DNA of 64,000 nt, from positions 61,256 to 125,255 of the forward strand of contig CADBQG010000007.1 in assembly GCA_902796805.1 (NCBI GenBank). The letters run 5' to 3'. The position numbers were made by a program, and so were the translations under genes. Source of the stretch: an uncultured Bacteroidota bacterium (GTDB taxonomy: Bacteria; Bacteroidota; Bacteroidia; Bacteroidales; WCHB1-69). The notes below the pieces were generated by a model, which searched no databases, was not told the origin of the DNA, and saw nothing but the letters and a program-made list of their open reading frames with translations. How positions within the stretch are numbered: the first letter of the stretch is position 1; each line of letters starts with the position of its first letter. This document shows, one piece after another, positions 51,974 through 60,000 of this stretch.

Positions 51974-53503
51974 ATGAAAGATGGATTTTTTTCGTTTTCA
52001 GAGATTGAGGAGATAGTTTTTGAAGGGAAAAAGCTGTCACCGGAAGACCTTCCAATCGAGAAGGTTGCAGAGTGTTATGATTTTCTCAAAGACTTCTCCA
52101 CCGATAAAATTATATACGGCATAAACACAGGTTTCGGGCCAATGGCTCAATGGCGCGTTGAAGACAAAGACCTCAAGGCCTTGCAATACAATATTATACG
52201 CAGTCATTCAACCGGTGCGGGCGAACCTCTTCCCGACAAGTACGTGAAAGCTGCAATGGTGGCCAGGCTTGGCACTTTCCTGCAGGCCAGGTCGGGTGTG
52301 CACACCGACCTCGTGGAGCTTCTCGTGGAGATGATAAACGAAGAGATTTTCCCGATGATACCCCAGCACGGCAGTGTTGGCGCAAGCGGCGACCTCGTGC
52401 AGCTCGCGCATCTCGCCCTTGCGATGATTGGTGAGGGCGTGGTGCATTTCAAGGGCGAATGGCGTCAGGCAAGGGATGTGTTCGCGGAATGCGGACTGAA
52501 TCCTTTGGAGATACACATCCGTGAAGGCCTCTCGATAACCAACGGCACGAGCGTGATGACGGGAATATCGATAGTGAACCAGCACGAAGCTGAAAAGCTT
52601 CTCAACCTCGCAGTGTTGGCAAGCGTGATGATGAACGAAATTGCCGGCTCATACGACGACTTGATGTCGGAACAGCTCAACGAGGTGCGCCGCCACTACG
52701 GCCAGACGAAGATAGCGGAGGCGATGCGCGTGGTGGCCGAGGGAAGCAGAAGGCTTCAAAAACGCGAACATGCGCTCTACGACGGAAGCCACATTGAGAA
52801 GACTTTCGGGCACAAGGTGCAGGCGTACTATTCGCTGCGCTGCGTGCCGCAGATTCTCGGCCCCGTGCTTGAAACCCTCGACAATTGCAGACGGGTGATA
52901 GAGGAGGAGGTGAACTCGGCCTGCGACAACCCCATTGTCGACCCCGTGTCGAGAAACGTGTACCACGGAGGCAATTTCCACGGTGACTACATCTCCATCG
53001 AGCAGGACAAGGTCAAGATGGCGATGGTGCGGCTTGTCATGACTATGGAGAGGCAGCTGAACTATCTCTTCCACGACAAAATCAACGGGATTCTGCCGCC
53101 GTTCCTCAACTTGGGGAAGCTCGGGCTGAACTACGGTATGCAGGCCTGCCAGTTCACAGCCACGTCGACCACAGCCGAATGCCAGACACTCGCCATGCCG
53201 AACTACGTGCACAGCATACCTAACAACAACGACAACCAGGACATCGTGAGTATGGGTACGAACACCGCCCTTCTAACCAAGCGCGTTATCGACAACGCCT
53301 GGCAGGTGATGGCCATCCATTTCATCGCGCTTGCGCAGGCAGTGGACTGCCTCGACATAGACGGCTCGCTGTCTGTTGCGACCAAAGACGTCTATGAAAA
53401 AGTCCGCGGTATATGTCCGAAATTCGTCGAAGACACCCCTTTTTATGAGGAGATACGCAATGTGGAATCATTTTTAAGACAATATAGAGTAAAGGCAATA
53501 TGA
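51974..53503 (+). CDS. MIO-dependent aromatic amino acid/histidine ammonia-lyase (HAL/PAL/TAL family)
   Basis: YGINTGFG, and the MIO-forming GSVGASGDLVQLAH (Ala-Ser-Gly triad). 509 aa. Confidence 0.88.
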   Translation: MKDGFFSFSEIEEIVFEGKKLSPEDLPIEKVAECYDFLKDFSTDKIIYGINTGFGPMAQWRVEDKDLKALQYNIIRSHSTGAGEPLPDKYVKAAMVARLGTFLQARSGVHTDLVELLVEMINEEIFPMIPQHGSVGASGDLVQLAHLALAMIGEGVVHFKGEWRQARDVFAECGLNPLEIHIREGLSITNGTSVMTGISIVNQHEAEKLLNLAVLASVMMNEIAGSYDDLMSEQLNEVRRHYGQTKIAEAMRVVAEGSRRLQKREHALYDGSHIEKTFGHKVQAYYSLRCVPQILGPVLETLDNCRRVIEEEVNSACDNPIVDPVSRNVYHGGNFHGDYISIEQDKVKMAMVRLVMTMERQLNYLFHDKINGILPPFLNLGKLGLNYGMQACQFTATSTTAECQTLAMPNYVHSIPNNNDNQDIVSMGTNTALLTKRVIDNAWQVMAIHFIALAQAVDCLDIDGSLSVATKDVYEKVRGICPKFVEDTPFYEEIRNVESFLRQYRVKAI

Positions 53504-54228
53504 AATATGCGCTTATAACGGGCGGTTCCCGAGGAATAGGACGCGCCGTGGCCATCAGGCTGGCCAAAGACGGGTTCTCAGTGATAGTGAACTACGTGAG
53601 CAATGACCAGGCCGCGAAGGAAACCAAGCGGCTCGTTGAAGAGGGTGGGGGAATCTGCGAACTCATGAAGTTCGACATCGCCGACGGACAAGCTGTTGAG
53701 AAAGCCCTCCGTCAATGGGAGGACGAGCACCCGAACGAGTTTATATCTGTGCTGGTGAACAATGCCGGGACTCGCCGCGACAACCTCATGATGATGATGA
53801 GCGAGGACGACTGGCGCAGTGTCATCGACACGCCCCTCAACGGTTTCTTTTTCATTACGAAAAGACTGATAAAACCGATGCTGTCGCATCGTGAGGGCAG
53901 AGTTGTCAACATGGCCTCCCTGTCAGGACTGAAGGGAGTTCCAGGCCAGACGAACTACAGCGCGGCCAAGGCGGCAATCATAGGAGCCACCAAAGCACTT
54001 GCCCAGGAGGTGGCCAAGAGGAAAGTTACAGTGAATGCCGTGGCCCCTGGCTTCATCGCCACCGACATGACCAAGGATCTCGACGAGGAGACTCTAAAGA
54101 AGATGATACCGGCCGCGAGGTTCGGCACGCCCGACGAAGTGGCCGCTGCGGTCTCGTTCCTGGCAAGTCCCGAATCGTCGTACATCACCGGACAGGTCAT
54201 CCAAGTGAACGGTGGACTTTATTCATAG
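53500..54228 (+). CDS. SDR family 3-oxoacyl-ACP reductase (FabG-like)
   Basis: TGGSRGIGRA cofactor motif, NNAG, and YSAAKAA catalytic motif. ATGA overlap with the ammonia-lyase stop. Confidence 0.9.
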   Translation: MKYALITGGSRGIGRAVAIRLAKDGFSVIVNYVSNDQAAKETKRLVEEGGGICELMKFDIADGQAVEKALRQWEDEHPNEFISVLVNNAGTRRDNLMMMMSEDDWRSVIDTPLNGFFFITKRLIKPMLSHREGRVVNMASLSGLKGVPGQTNYSAAKAAIIGATKALAQEVAKRKVTVNAVAPGFIATDMTKDLDEETLKKMIPAARFGTPDEVAAAVSFLASPESSYITGQVIQVNGGLYS

Positions 54229-54298
54229 CCGGGCAGGTTAGTGTTGTGGGTGATTTGTTGATGTAGAGGAATTTTAGAAGAAAATCAGAAACAGATAT

Positions 54299-55531
54299 AT
54301 GAACAACAGAAGGGTTGTAATCACCGGAATGGGGATATGGTCGTGCATCGGGACATCGAAAGACGAGGTGCTGGAGTCTTTGAGAATCGGCAGATCAGGA
54401 ATAGGGCGTGAAGACATACGTTTGGGATATGGCTACCAGTCTGACTTGACGGGGATAGTGCCAGACCCCGATTTGAAGCCGCTGCTCCACCGCAGGCTTC
54501 GCACGGGCATGTCGCAGGAGGCAGAGTACTCATATATGGCGGCGCGCGAGGCCTTCGCACAAGCGTTGGTTGACGAGAAGTTCCTTGCTGAGCGTGAAGT
54601 CGGCATAATCTTCGGCAACGACTCGTCTGCGAAGCCGGTAATCGAGGCCGAAAAGTTGATGTCGGAGAAGCGCGACTCGGCGCTGCTCGGCTCGGGGCTG
54701 ATATTCCAGTCGATGAATTCAACGGTGAACATGAACCTTAGCAGCATCTTCGGCCTGCGTGGGATAAACTTCACTGTTAGTGCGGCCTGTGCCAGTGGCA
54801 GCCATTCGGTGGGTCTGGGGTTTTTGATGATAAAGCAGGGTCTTCAGGACGTGGTGCTCTGCGGCGGTGCGCAGGAGGTGAACCATTTTTCCATGTTCAC
54901 GTTCGACGCACTGGGTGCCTTCTCAAAGCGTATGTCTGAGCCAGAAAGAGCCTCGAGACCCTTCGACCGCGACCGCGACGGGCTCATACCGAGCGGCGGC
55001 GCGGCGGCCTTGGTCCTCGAGGAATACGAGAGCGCAATCCGCCGCGGCGCACCGATACTTGCAGAGGTTACCGGATACGGCTTCTCCTCCAACGGCGGCG
55101 GCATCTCGCAACCCTCCGACGACGGAAGCGTGATCGCCATGAAGAGGGCGCTCGATTCCGCCAACCTGTCGCCAGAAGACATCGACTATATCAACGCCCA
55201 TGCCACAAGCACTCCGCAGGGAGACATGTTCGAAGCCATGGCCCTCGACAGGCTGTTCCACGGAACCCACGCCCTTGTGAGCTCCACGAAAGGCATGACA
55301 GGCCACGAATGCTGGATGGCGGGAGCGAGCGAGATAGTCTATTCCGTTCTTATGATGCAGAACGACTTTGTGGCGCCAAACGTGAACTTCGAGAATCCCG
55401 ACCAGTACTCCGAAAAGCTTAACATCGCCGCGGAAACCACACCATGCAGGCTCAACAATGTGATAAGCAATTCATTCGGCTTCGGAGGCACAAATTCGGC
55501 AATAGTGTTGCAACAAGTTAAAGACAAATAA
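54299..55531 (+). CDS. Beta-ketoacyl synthase (KAS I/II-like, Cys-His-His)
   Basis: VSAACASGSHS (Cys), NAHATSTPQGD (His), TGHECWMAGASE (His), C-terminal SFGFGGTNSAIVL. Confidence 0.88.
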   Translation: MNNRRVVITGMGIWSCIGTSKDEVLESLRIGRSGIGREDIRLGYGYQSDLTGIVPDPDLKPLLHRRLRTGMSQEAEYSYMAAREAFAQALVDEKFLAEREVGIIFGNDSSAKPVIEAEKLMSEKRDSALLGSGLIFQSMNSTVNMNLSSIFGLRGINFTVSAACASGSHSVGLGFLMIKQGLQDVVLCGGAQEVNHFSMFTFDALGAFSKRMSEPERASRPFDRDRDGLIPSGGAAALVLEEYESAIRRGAPILAEVTGYGFSSNGGGISQPSDDGSVIAMKRALDSANLSPEDIDYINAHATSTPQGDMFEAMALDRLFHGTHALVSSTKGMTGHECWMAGASEIVYSVLMMQNDFVAPNVNFENPDQYSEKLNIAAETTPCRLNNVISNSFGFGGTNSAIVLQQVKDK

Positions 55532-55532
55532 T

Positions 55533-56621
55533 ATGAACCTCAGCGAATCACTCAAAGACAGATATTCACGGGATGACATTTCCGCTTACAACGCTCAGTA
55601 CCTTGCGCAGGTCATAGCCTTCGGCCCGGTAATCTTCCAGGTTGCACGCATAATGCTCAAGTGGGGCATTCTGGAAATGATTGCTGACGAACCGCTTACA
55701 ATTGACGAGGTGGCCGGAAGAGCCGGTGTGTCAAAATATGCCGCCAAGTGCCTGCTCGAGTCTTCACTCACAATGTCGATATTGAAGGTGAATCCAGATA
55801 CAGGCAAGTTCTCGCTCTCCAAGACAGGCTTTTTCCTTCTCAATGACAAGTCTACAAGGGTGAACCTCGACTTCAACCACGATGTGAATTATATCGGGCT
55901 TTTCAATCTCGAGGAGTCCCTCAAAGAAGGCAGGCCGGCAGGGCTGAAGCATTTCGGCGACTGGCCCACGGTATATGAAGGGCTGTCGTCGTTGCCCGCC
56001 AAAGTGCAGGACAGCTGGTTTGCCTTCGACCACTACTACAGCGACTGCTCTTTTGAAGAGGCCTTGGAAGTGGTTTTCTCGAAGCCGGTGAGGCATCTCA
56101 TGGATGTGGGAGGCAACACCGGAAGATGGGCCTTGCAGTGTGTTGCGCATGACCCAAAGGTTCAAGTTACCATTGTCGATCTCCCGCAACAACTGCAGAT
56201 GATGCGTCAGCAAACTGCCGGAAAGCCCGGTGCGGAACGCATCCACGGTTATCCTGCCAATCTCCTCAACGACGAGTCAGTGTTCCCTTCAAACGTGCAT
56301 TTCGACGCAATATGGATGAGCCAGTTCCTCGACTGTTTCTCAGAAGAAGAGATAACCGGCATACTGAAGCGCGCTGCCAAAATTATGTCCGAAGACACAA
56401 AACTCTACATCATGGAGACTTTTTGGGACAGGCAGCGTTTCGACACTTCTGCCTTCTGCCTTACACAGATAAGCCTCTATTTCACGGCAATAGCCAACGG
56501 CAACAGCAAGATGTACCACTCCGACGACCTTGTAAGGCTCGTTCAGGAGTCGGGACTGTCGGTTGAGACAATCCACGACAATCTCGGCATGGGACATTCC
56601 ATAATGGTGTGTGCTAAATGA
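55533..56621 (+). CDS. Class I SAM-dependent O-methyltransferase (Methyltransf_2/COMT-like with N-terminal dimerisation-wHTH)
   Basis: SAM motif I LMDVGGNTG, downstream DAIWMSQFLDCF, N-terminal wHTH-like LTIDEVAGRAGVSKYAAKCLLE. Starts 1 nt after the KS stop. Confidence 0.8.
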   Translation: MNLSESLKDRYSRDDISAYNAQYLAQVIAFGPVIFQVARIMLKWGILEMIADEPLTIDEVAGRAGVSKYAAKCLLESSLTMSILKVNPDTGKFSLSKTGFFLLNDKSTRVNLDFNHDVNYIGLFNLEESLKEGRPAGLKHFGDWPTVYEGLSSLPAKVQDSWFAFDHYYSDCSFEEALEVVFSKPVRHLMDVGGNTGRWALQCVAHDPKVQVTIVDLPQQLQMMRQQTAGKPGAERIHGYPANLLNDESVFPSNVHFDAIWMSQFLDCFSEEEITGILKRAAKIMSEDTKLYIMETFWDRQRFDTSAFCLTQISLYFTAIANGNSKMYHSDDLVRLVQESGLSVETIHDNLGMGHSIMVCAK

Positions 56622-56647
56622 CGTTCATGAAACAGCAATAATTATGC

Positions 56648-56655
56648 TATCTTCG
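56648..56655 (+). promoter_or_regulatory. -7 promoter-like box (TATCTTCG, one mismatch)
   Basis: 33 nt upstream of the ATG at 56688. Confidence 0.3.
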
Positions 56656-56687
56656 CGGAAACGAAGCAACAGCCATAGCAAGATTGT

Positions 56688-57857
56688 ATGTATCTGAAAA
56701 AGAATGTCTTAAAGAATAAACCGACTATCGTCTCCGCGAGTTTTCACCTTATTATTCTACTTTTTTGCACACAAGCGGCTTTGGCACAAAGCGATACTGT
56801 GTCAGGGAAGGAGATCAAAGAGCGCAGCTGGAAGATCAGCGACTACGTGCAGATTCACGGTTTTGTTGACGCACAGGTCGGCTACAACATTCAGGAAAAG
56901 GCGGACGGGAACATCGACAAGGACTTTGTCTTTACGCTTCGGCGCGCGAGGTTCGAGTTCTGCGGCAGTCCGATTCCCAAGCTTGATTTCCGGTTGCAGG
57001 CCGACATGGCGTATTCGCCGCGACTCCTTGACGCCTGGGTGCGCTACAAGTTCTGCAAGTACATCGCCCTGCAGGTCGGGCAGGTAAAGACACCGTACAC
57101 CATGGACAACTACTATTCACCGTTGGACCTCGAGTTCGTTGAACTGTCGCAGTCGGTGTCGGCACTTGCGGGCTTCAACGATGTGTCAGGAATCGCCGAC
57201 TACGGCAACGGCCTTGAAATCGGTGCGATGATTTCCGGAACCCTTGCCGACTTTGAGAAGGACGGCGAAAGAATTCCCATTTTCAACTACTACGCGGGTG
57301 TCTTCGGCGGCAACGGCATAAACATCCGCAAGGACAACCTCAGCAAGGACTTTTCTGCACGTGTCGACTTCTTCCCGTTTGTGAAGGATCTGCGGCTTTC
57401 AGGTTCTGTGTATATAGGTAACTACTCTCCCAAGAAGGGACTAAATGCGCCGAGGCACAGGTATTCCGGCGGCGTTGAATACCGTGGAGAGCATCTGACG
57501 CTCCGCAGCGAGTACCTGCAAGGCGTTACGGGAGTTTACGACACGCAATCACTTTCGGGCGACTCCATATACCGAATCAATACGCGTGGTCTTTATGCCT
57601 TCGTAGGATACTGGTTCTATGGAGGTTGGGGGAAAAACAGCAGCGTGACGCAGAAAATACGCCCGCTGTTCCGCTACGATTATTATGTCCACGACACCAA
57701 CGTGCCGCATTATTCAAGCAGCCACAACTACTCGTTCGGTCTCGACTGGTGGCCGGAGCGCCACGTGCGCATCCACCTCGACTACACGATAAAGCAACGT
57801 GCGGGGCAAAGAAGCCTCGGCCACTCCATGGCGGCGAAAGTGTCGGTAAGGTTCTGA
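56688..57857 (+). CDS. Porin (OprO/P-like phosphate-selective porin family)
   Basis: Signal peptide. FVFTLRRARFEFCG...DFRLQADM...LLDAWVRYKF pattern typical of Porin_O_P. Ends in F. Confidence 0.65.
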   Translation: MYLKKNVLKNKPTIVSASFHLIILLFCTQAALAQSDTVSGKEIKERSWKISDYVQIHGFVDAQVGYNIQEKADGNIDKDFVFTLRRARFEFCGSPIPKLDFRLQADMAYSPRLLDAWVRYKFCKYIALQVGQVKTPYTMDNYYSPLDLEFVELSQSVSALAGFNDVSGIADYGNGLEIGAMISGTLADFEKDGERIPIFNYYAGVFGGNGINIRKDNLSKDFSARVDFFPFVKDLRLSGSVYIGNYSPKKGLNAPRHRYSGGVEYRGEHLTLRSEYLQGVTGVYDTQSLSGDSIYRINTRGLYAFVGYWFYGGWGKNSSVTQKIRPLFRYDYYVHDTNVPHYSSSHNYSFGLDWWPERHVRIHLDYTIKQRAGQRSLGHSMAAKVSVRF

Positions 57858-57864
57858 CAATCAG

Positions 57865-58401
57865 TTATACTGGGAAATTCTTGGCGAATTCGAGGAGGTT
57901 GCGGTAGTGCAGTTGCGTTATCTTCAGGATTTCCTCATACTCGCGGGGGTGCTTCGCGCCCACGTGCACAGGCAGTATGCCGGCGTTGACGGCGAACTGC
58001 ATATCGGTGAGGCTGTCGCCCGCCATCACGGAATCGGCGAAGTCGATGTCGGGGAAGTCGGCCTTTGCCTGCAGCGCCATGCCGATGTCCGGTTTACGGC
58101 ATCCGCAGTCGGCGCCGGCCAAGTGCGGGCAGCAATACACCGCGTCCAAAGGGGTTACGTTCTCCTCGAAAATCACGCGCATACGGCGGTGTATCTCGTT
58201 GATGTCTTCCATCTTGCAGAGGCGCTTGCCCACGCACTGTTGGTTTGTAACCACGATGATGCGTCGAAACTTCGGCCTGAGCCACTGCATGGCCGTAAGC
58301 ACGCCGTTCACAAGGACGAATTCCTCCGGCCTGCGCACGTAGCCGCCCACAATCTGCACGTTTATCACGCCGTCGCGGTCAAGGAAAAGGGTGTCTTTCA
58401 T
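57865..58401 (-). CDS. gmhB: HAD-IIIA D,D-heptose 1,7-bisphosphate phosphatase-like hydrolase
   Basis: FLDRDGVIN motif I, VTNQ, and Zn-finger-like CCPHLAGADCGCRKP. Confidence 0.75.
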   Translation of the reverse strand: MKDTLFLDRDGVINVQIVGGYVRRPEEFVLVNGVLTAMQWLRPKFRRIIVVTNQQCVGKRLCKMEDINEIHRRMRVIFEENVTPLDAVYCCPHLAGADCGCRKPDIGMALQAKADFPDIDFADSVMAGDSLTDMQFAVNAGILPVHVGAKHPREYEEILKITQLHYRNLLEFAKNFPV

Positions 58402-58459
58402 TAAAAGTTCTTGTTTGTTAAAAAAAACATACTATATAGCATTATTTGTCTTAAAATAT

Positions 58460-59260
58460 TTAACATGCCTGTTTTTTAACGCAATAAGTTTCATTTTTCT
58501 TCTCTATTTTAAGAAATTCAAGTAAAGTCTCTTCCGAAAAAAACGCATATTGTTCAAAGTAATCTGTCCAAATTGGCAGCTCTTCCAAATCCCCTCTCAG
58601 AATCTTGTGCGTGCAAAAGACACTTTGAAACAGCCAGTTCATAAAATCAGAGTTTAACAAAGCCACAATATTCTTGTAGGAAATTGGAAATGAAGGCTTC
58701 AAAATAAACAAGTTTGCACTATTTAGTATGTATCTTTGCTCCGTGTCGTATCCAAAAACACTTTCGGGTGCAAATCCCTTGCGAATTGCCTCCATGATGA
58801 AATTTCCTGAACCGCAGCACGGATCGAGAAAAGTCTTGCCACGTGTCCCTGAAATGCCATCCATCATGTCAGCCACAATGTAAGAGGGTGTATAGAAAAC
58901 ACACTCCTTGTTCTTAAACGATTCAGACAGCGACGACTCGTATTTCAAGGCTATTTCCTCGCCGGACAGTTCATTTGATTGTATGTAACCACATATTGTC
59001 TCCGACAATTCAGACTGGTCATGTGAATCCTTGCGAAGTTTGTTTGCCCTGGATTTCAATTTGTTATGAAGTTGTGCGAGTGCAAATGTGTCAACATCGC
59101 TTTGAAGAAGTTTACCATCAACGGTGTTCAGAAGGCCAGAATGTACCCAGTTCCGGATTGTGGCTTGAGATACGGATAGACGTTGCGCCGCCTCTCTTAA
59201 AGTCAGCCCATGTGGTTCAACTGTAAACAATTTCAGTTGTGTCTCTTTCGGTTCAGCCAT
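58460..59260 (-). CDS. HTH domain fused to a truncated N6-adenine DNA methyltransferase-like module (probably decayed)
   Basis: N-terminal MerR/excisionase-type HTH LTLREAAQRLSVSQATIRNWV. FYTP and SAM motif FLDPCCGSGNFIMEA are present. No NPPY/F catalytic motif before a C-terminal LNS...LPI tail. AT-rich. Confidence 0.55.
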   Translation of the reverse strand: MAEPKETQLKLFTVEPHGLTLREAAQRLSVSQATIRNWVHSGLLNTVDGKLLQSDVDTFALAQLHNKLKSRANKLRKDSHDQSELSETICGYIQSNELSGEEIALKYESSLSESFKNKECVFYTPSYIVADMMDGISGTRGKTFLDPCCGSGNFIMEAIRKGFAPESVFGYDTEQRYILNSANLFILKPSFPISYKNIVALLNSDFMNWLFQSVFCTHKILRGDLEELPIWTDYFEQYAFFSEETLLEFLKIEKKNETYCVKKQAC

Positions 59261-59268
59261 CTTTTTTC

Positions 59269-59306
59269 GTGATTAGTGATTAGTGAATGGTGATTAGTGA
59301 TTGGTG
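59269..59306 (-). repeat. Five tandem heptads (TAATCAC on the minus strand) 8 nt upstream of the start codon at 59260
   Basis: Plus strand reads gtgatta gtgatta gtgaatg gtgatta gtgattg gtg. Confidence 0.85.
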
Positions 59307-59315
59307 TCCGCATCG

Positions 59316-59831
59316 TTAAAAGTGGTATGACATCCGCAGGCCGCCGTTCATGGATGTGAGGCTGAACGAAGGGCGCCACCCGCCGGTTGGAGTGTACTGC
59401 GCTCCCAGCACCACCAGGTCGGCGGCCATGAACACGTTCTCGCTGACACGGAAGCGGATGCTCGGGCGTATTCCAACCTGGCACAGCTTGAGCTCGTCGG
59501 TGAACTCGAAGCCGCCCATCGCGTGCAAATCTATATAGATGTTTTCGTTGTTCCAGACGCAGACGCGGACAAACGGCTCCGCAATGCCGGTTACCTCGAA
59601 GAAATCGTACCTGCCCACGCAAAGCACGGTGCCCAGGCCAGTGCCGATAGCGACACGGTCGTTGAACTGATACCCTACCCGTGCCTCAGCCGAGACAGTG
59701 AAATAGTTACGGAACCCGACGCCGGCCGACCCTCCAAGAAACCATCTGCCCTGCGATTGAGATGGCTTCTCCTGCGCGAATGATGCAACACATGCGCCCA
59801 ACAAGCATACAAAAAAAAGAGTTTTTTTCAT
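59316..59831 (-). CDS. Small outer-membrane beta-barrel protein (OmpW/opacity-like, hypothetical)
   Basis: Start at MKKTLFFVCLLGACVASFAQ. Alternating beta-strand pattern. Ends in F. Confidence 0.6.
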   Translation of the reverse strand: MKKTLFFVCLLGACVASFAQEKPSQSQGRWFLGGSAGVGFRNYFTVSAEARVGYQFNDRVAIGTGLGTVLCVGRYDFFEVTGIAEPFVRVCVWNNENIYIDLHAMGGFEFTDELKLCQVGIRPSIRFRVSENVFMAADLVVLGAQYTPTGGWRPSFSLTSMNGGLRMSYHF

Positions 59832-59921
59832 TATAACGTCTTGATTGATTTTACTATAAATAAAAGCAAAGTCGAGATTTGCTCCGGATTTCGCGATGAG
59901 AAAAACATATTTTTGTGGTGG

Positions 59922-59929
59922 CAAAGATA
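59922..59929 (-). promoter_or_regulatory. Bacteroidota -7 promoter box (TATCTTTG on minus strand)
   Basis: caaagata on the plus strand, 91 nt upstream of the start at 59831. Confidence 0.4.
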
Positions 59930-59968
59930 ACACTTTTAGCTTATGAAAAAGCAAATCCTGAAAAAATG

Positions 59969-59976
59969 TAACTTTG
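59969..59976 (+). promoter_or_regulatory. Bacteroidota -7 promoter box (TAACTTTG)
   Basis: 25 nt upstream of the ATG at 60001. Confidence 0.4.
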
Positions 59977-60000
59977 TCGCTTGATTTTAAACCGCGCTCC

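Noticed and set aside
51974-53503. Simple annotation as histidine-utilisation hutH
   Set aside because: This is not fully excluded, since the switch residues look HAL-like. It was de-prioritised because hutU, hutI and hutG are absent and the gene is translationally coupled to KR, KS and OMT genes.
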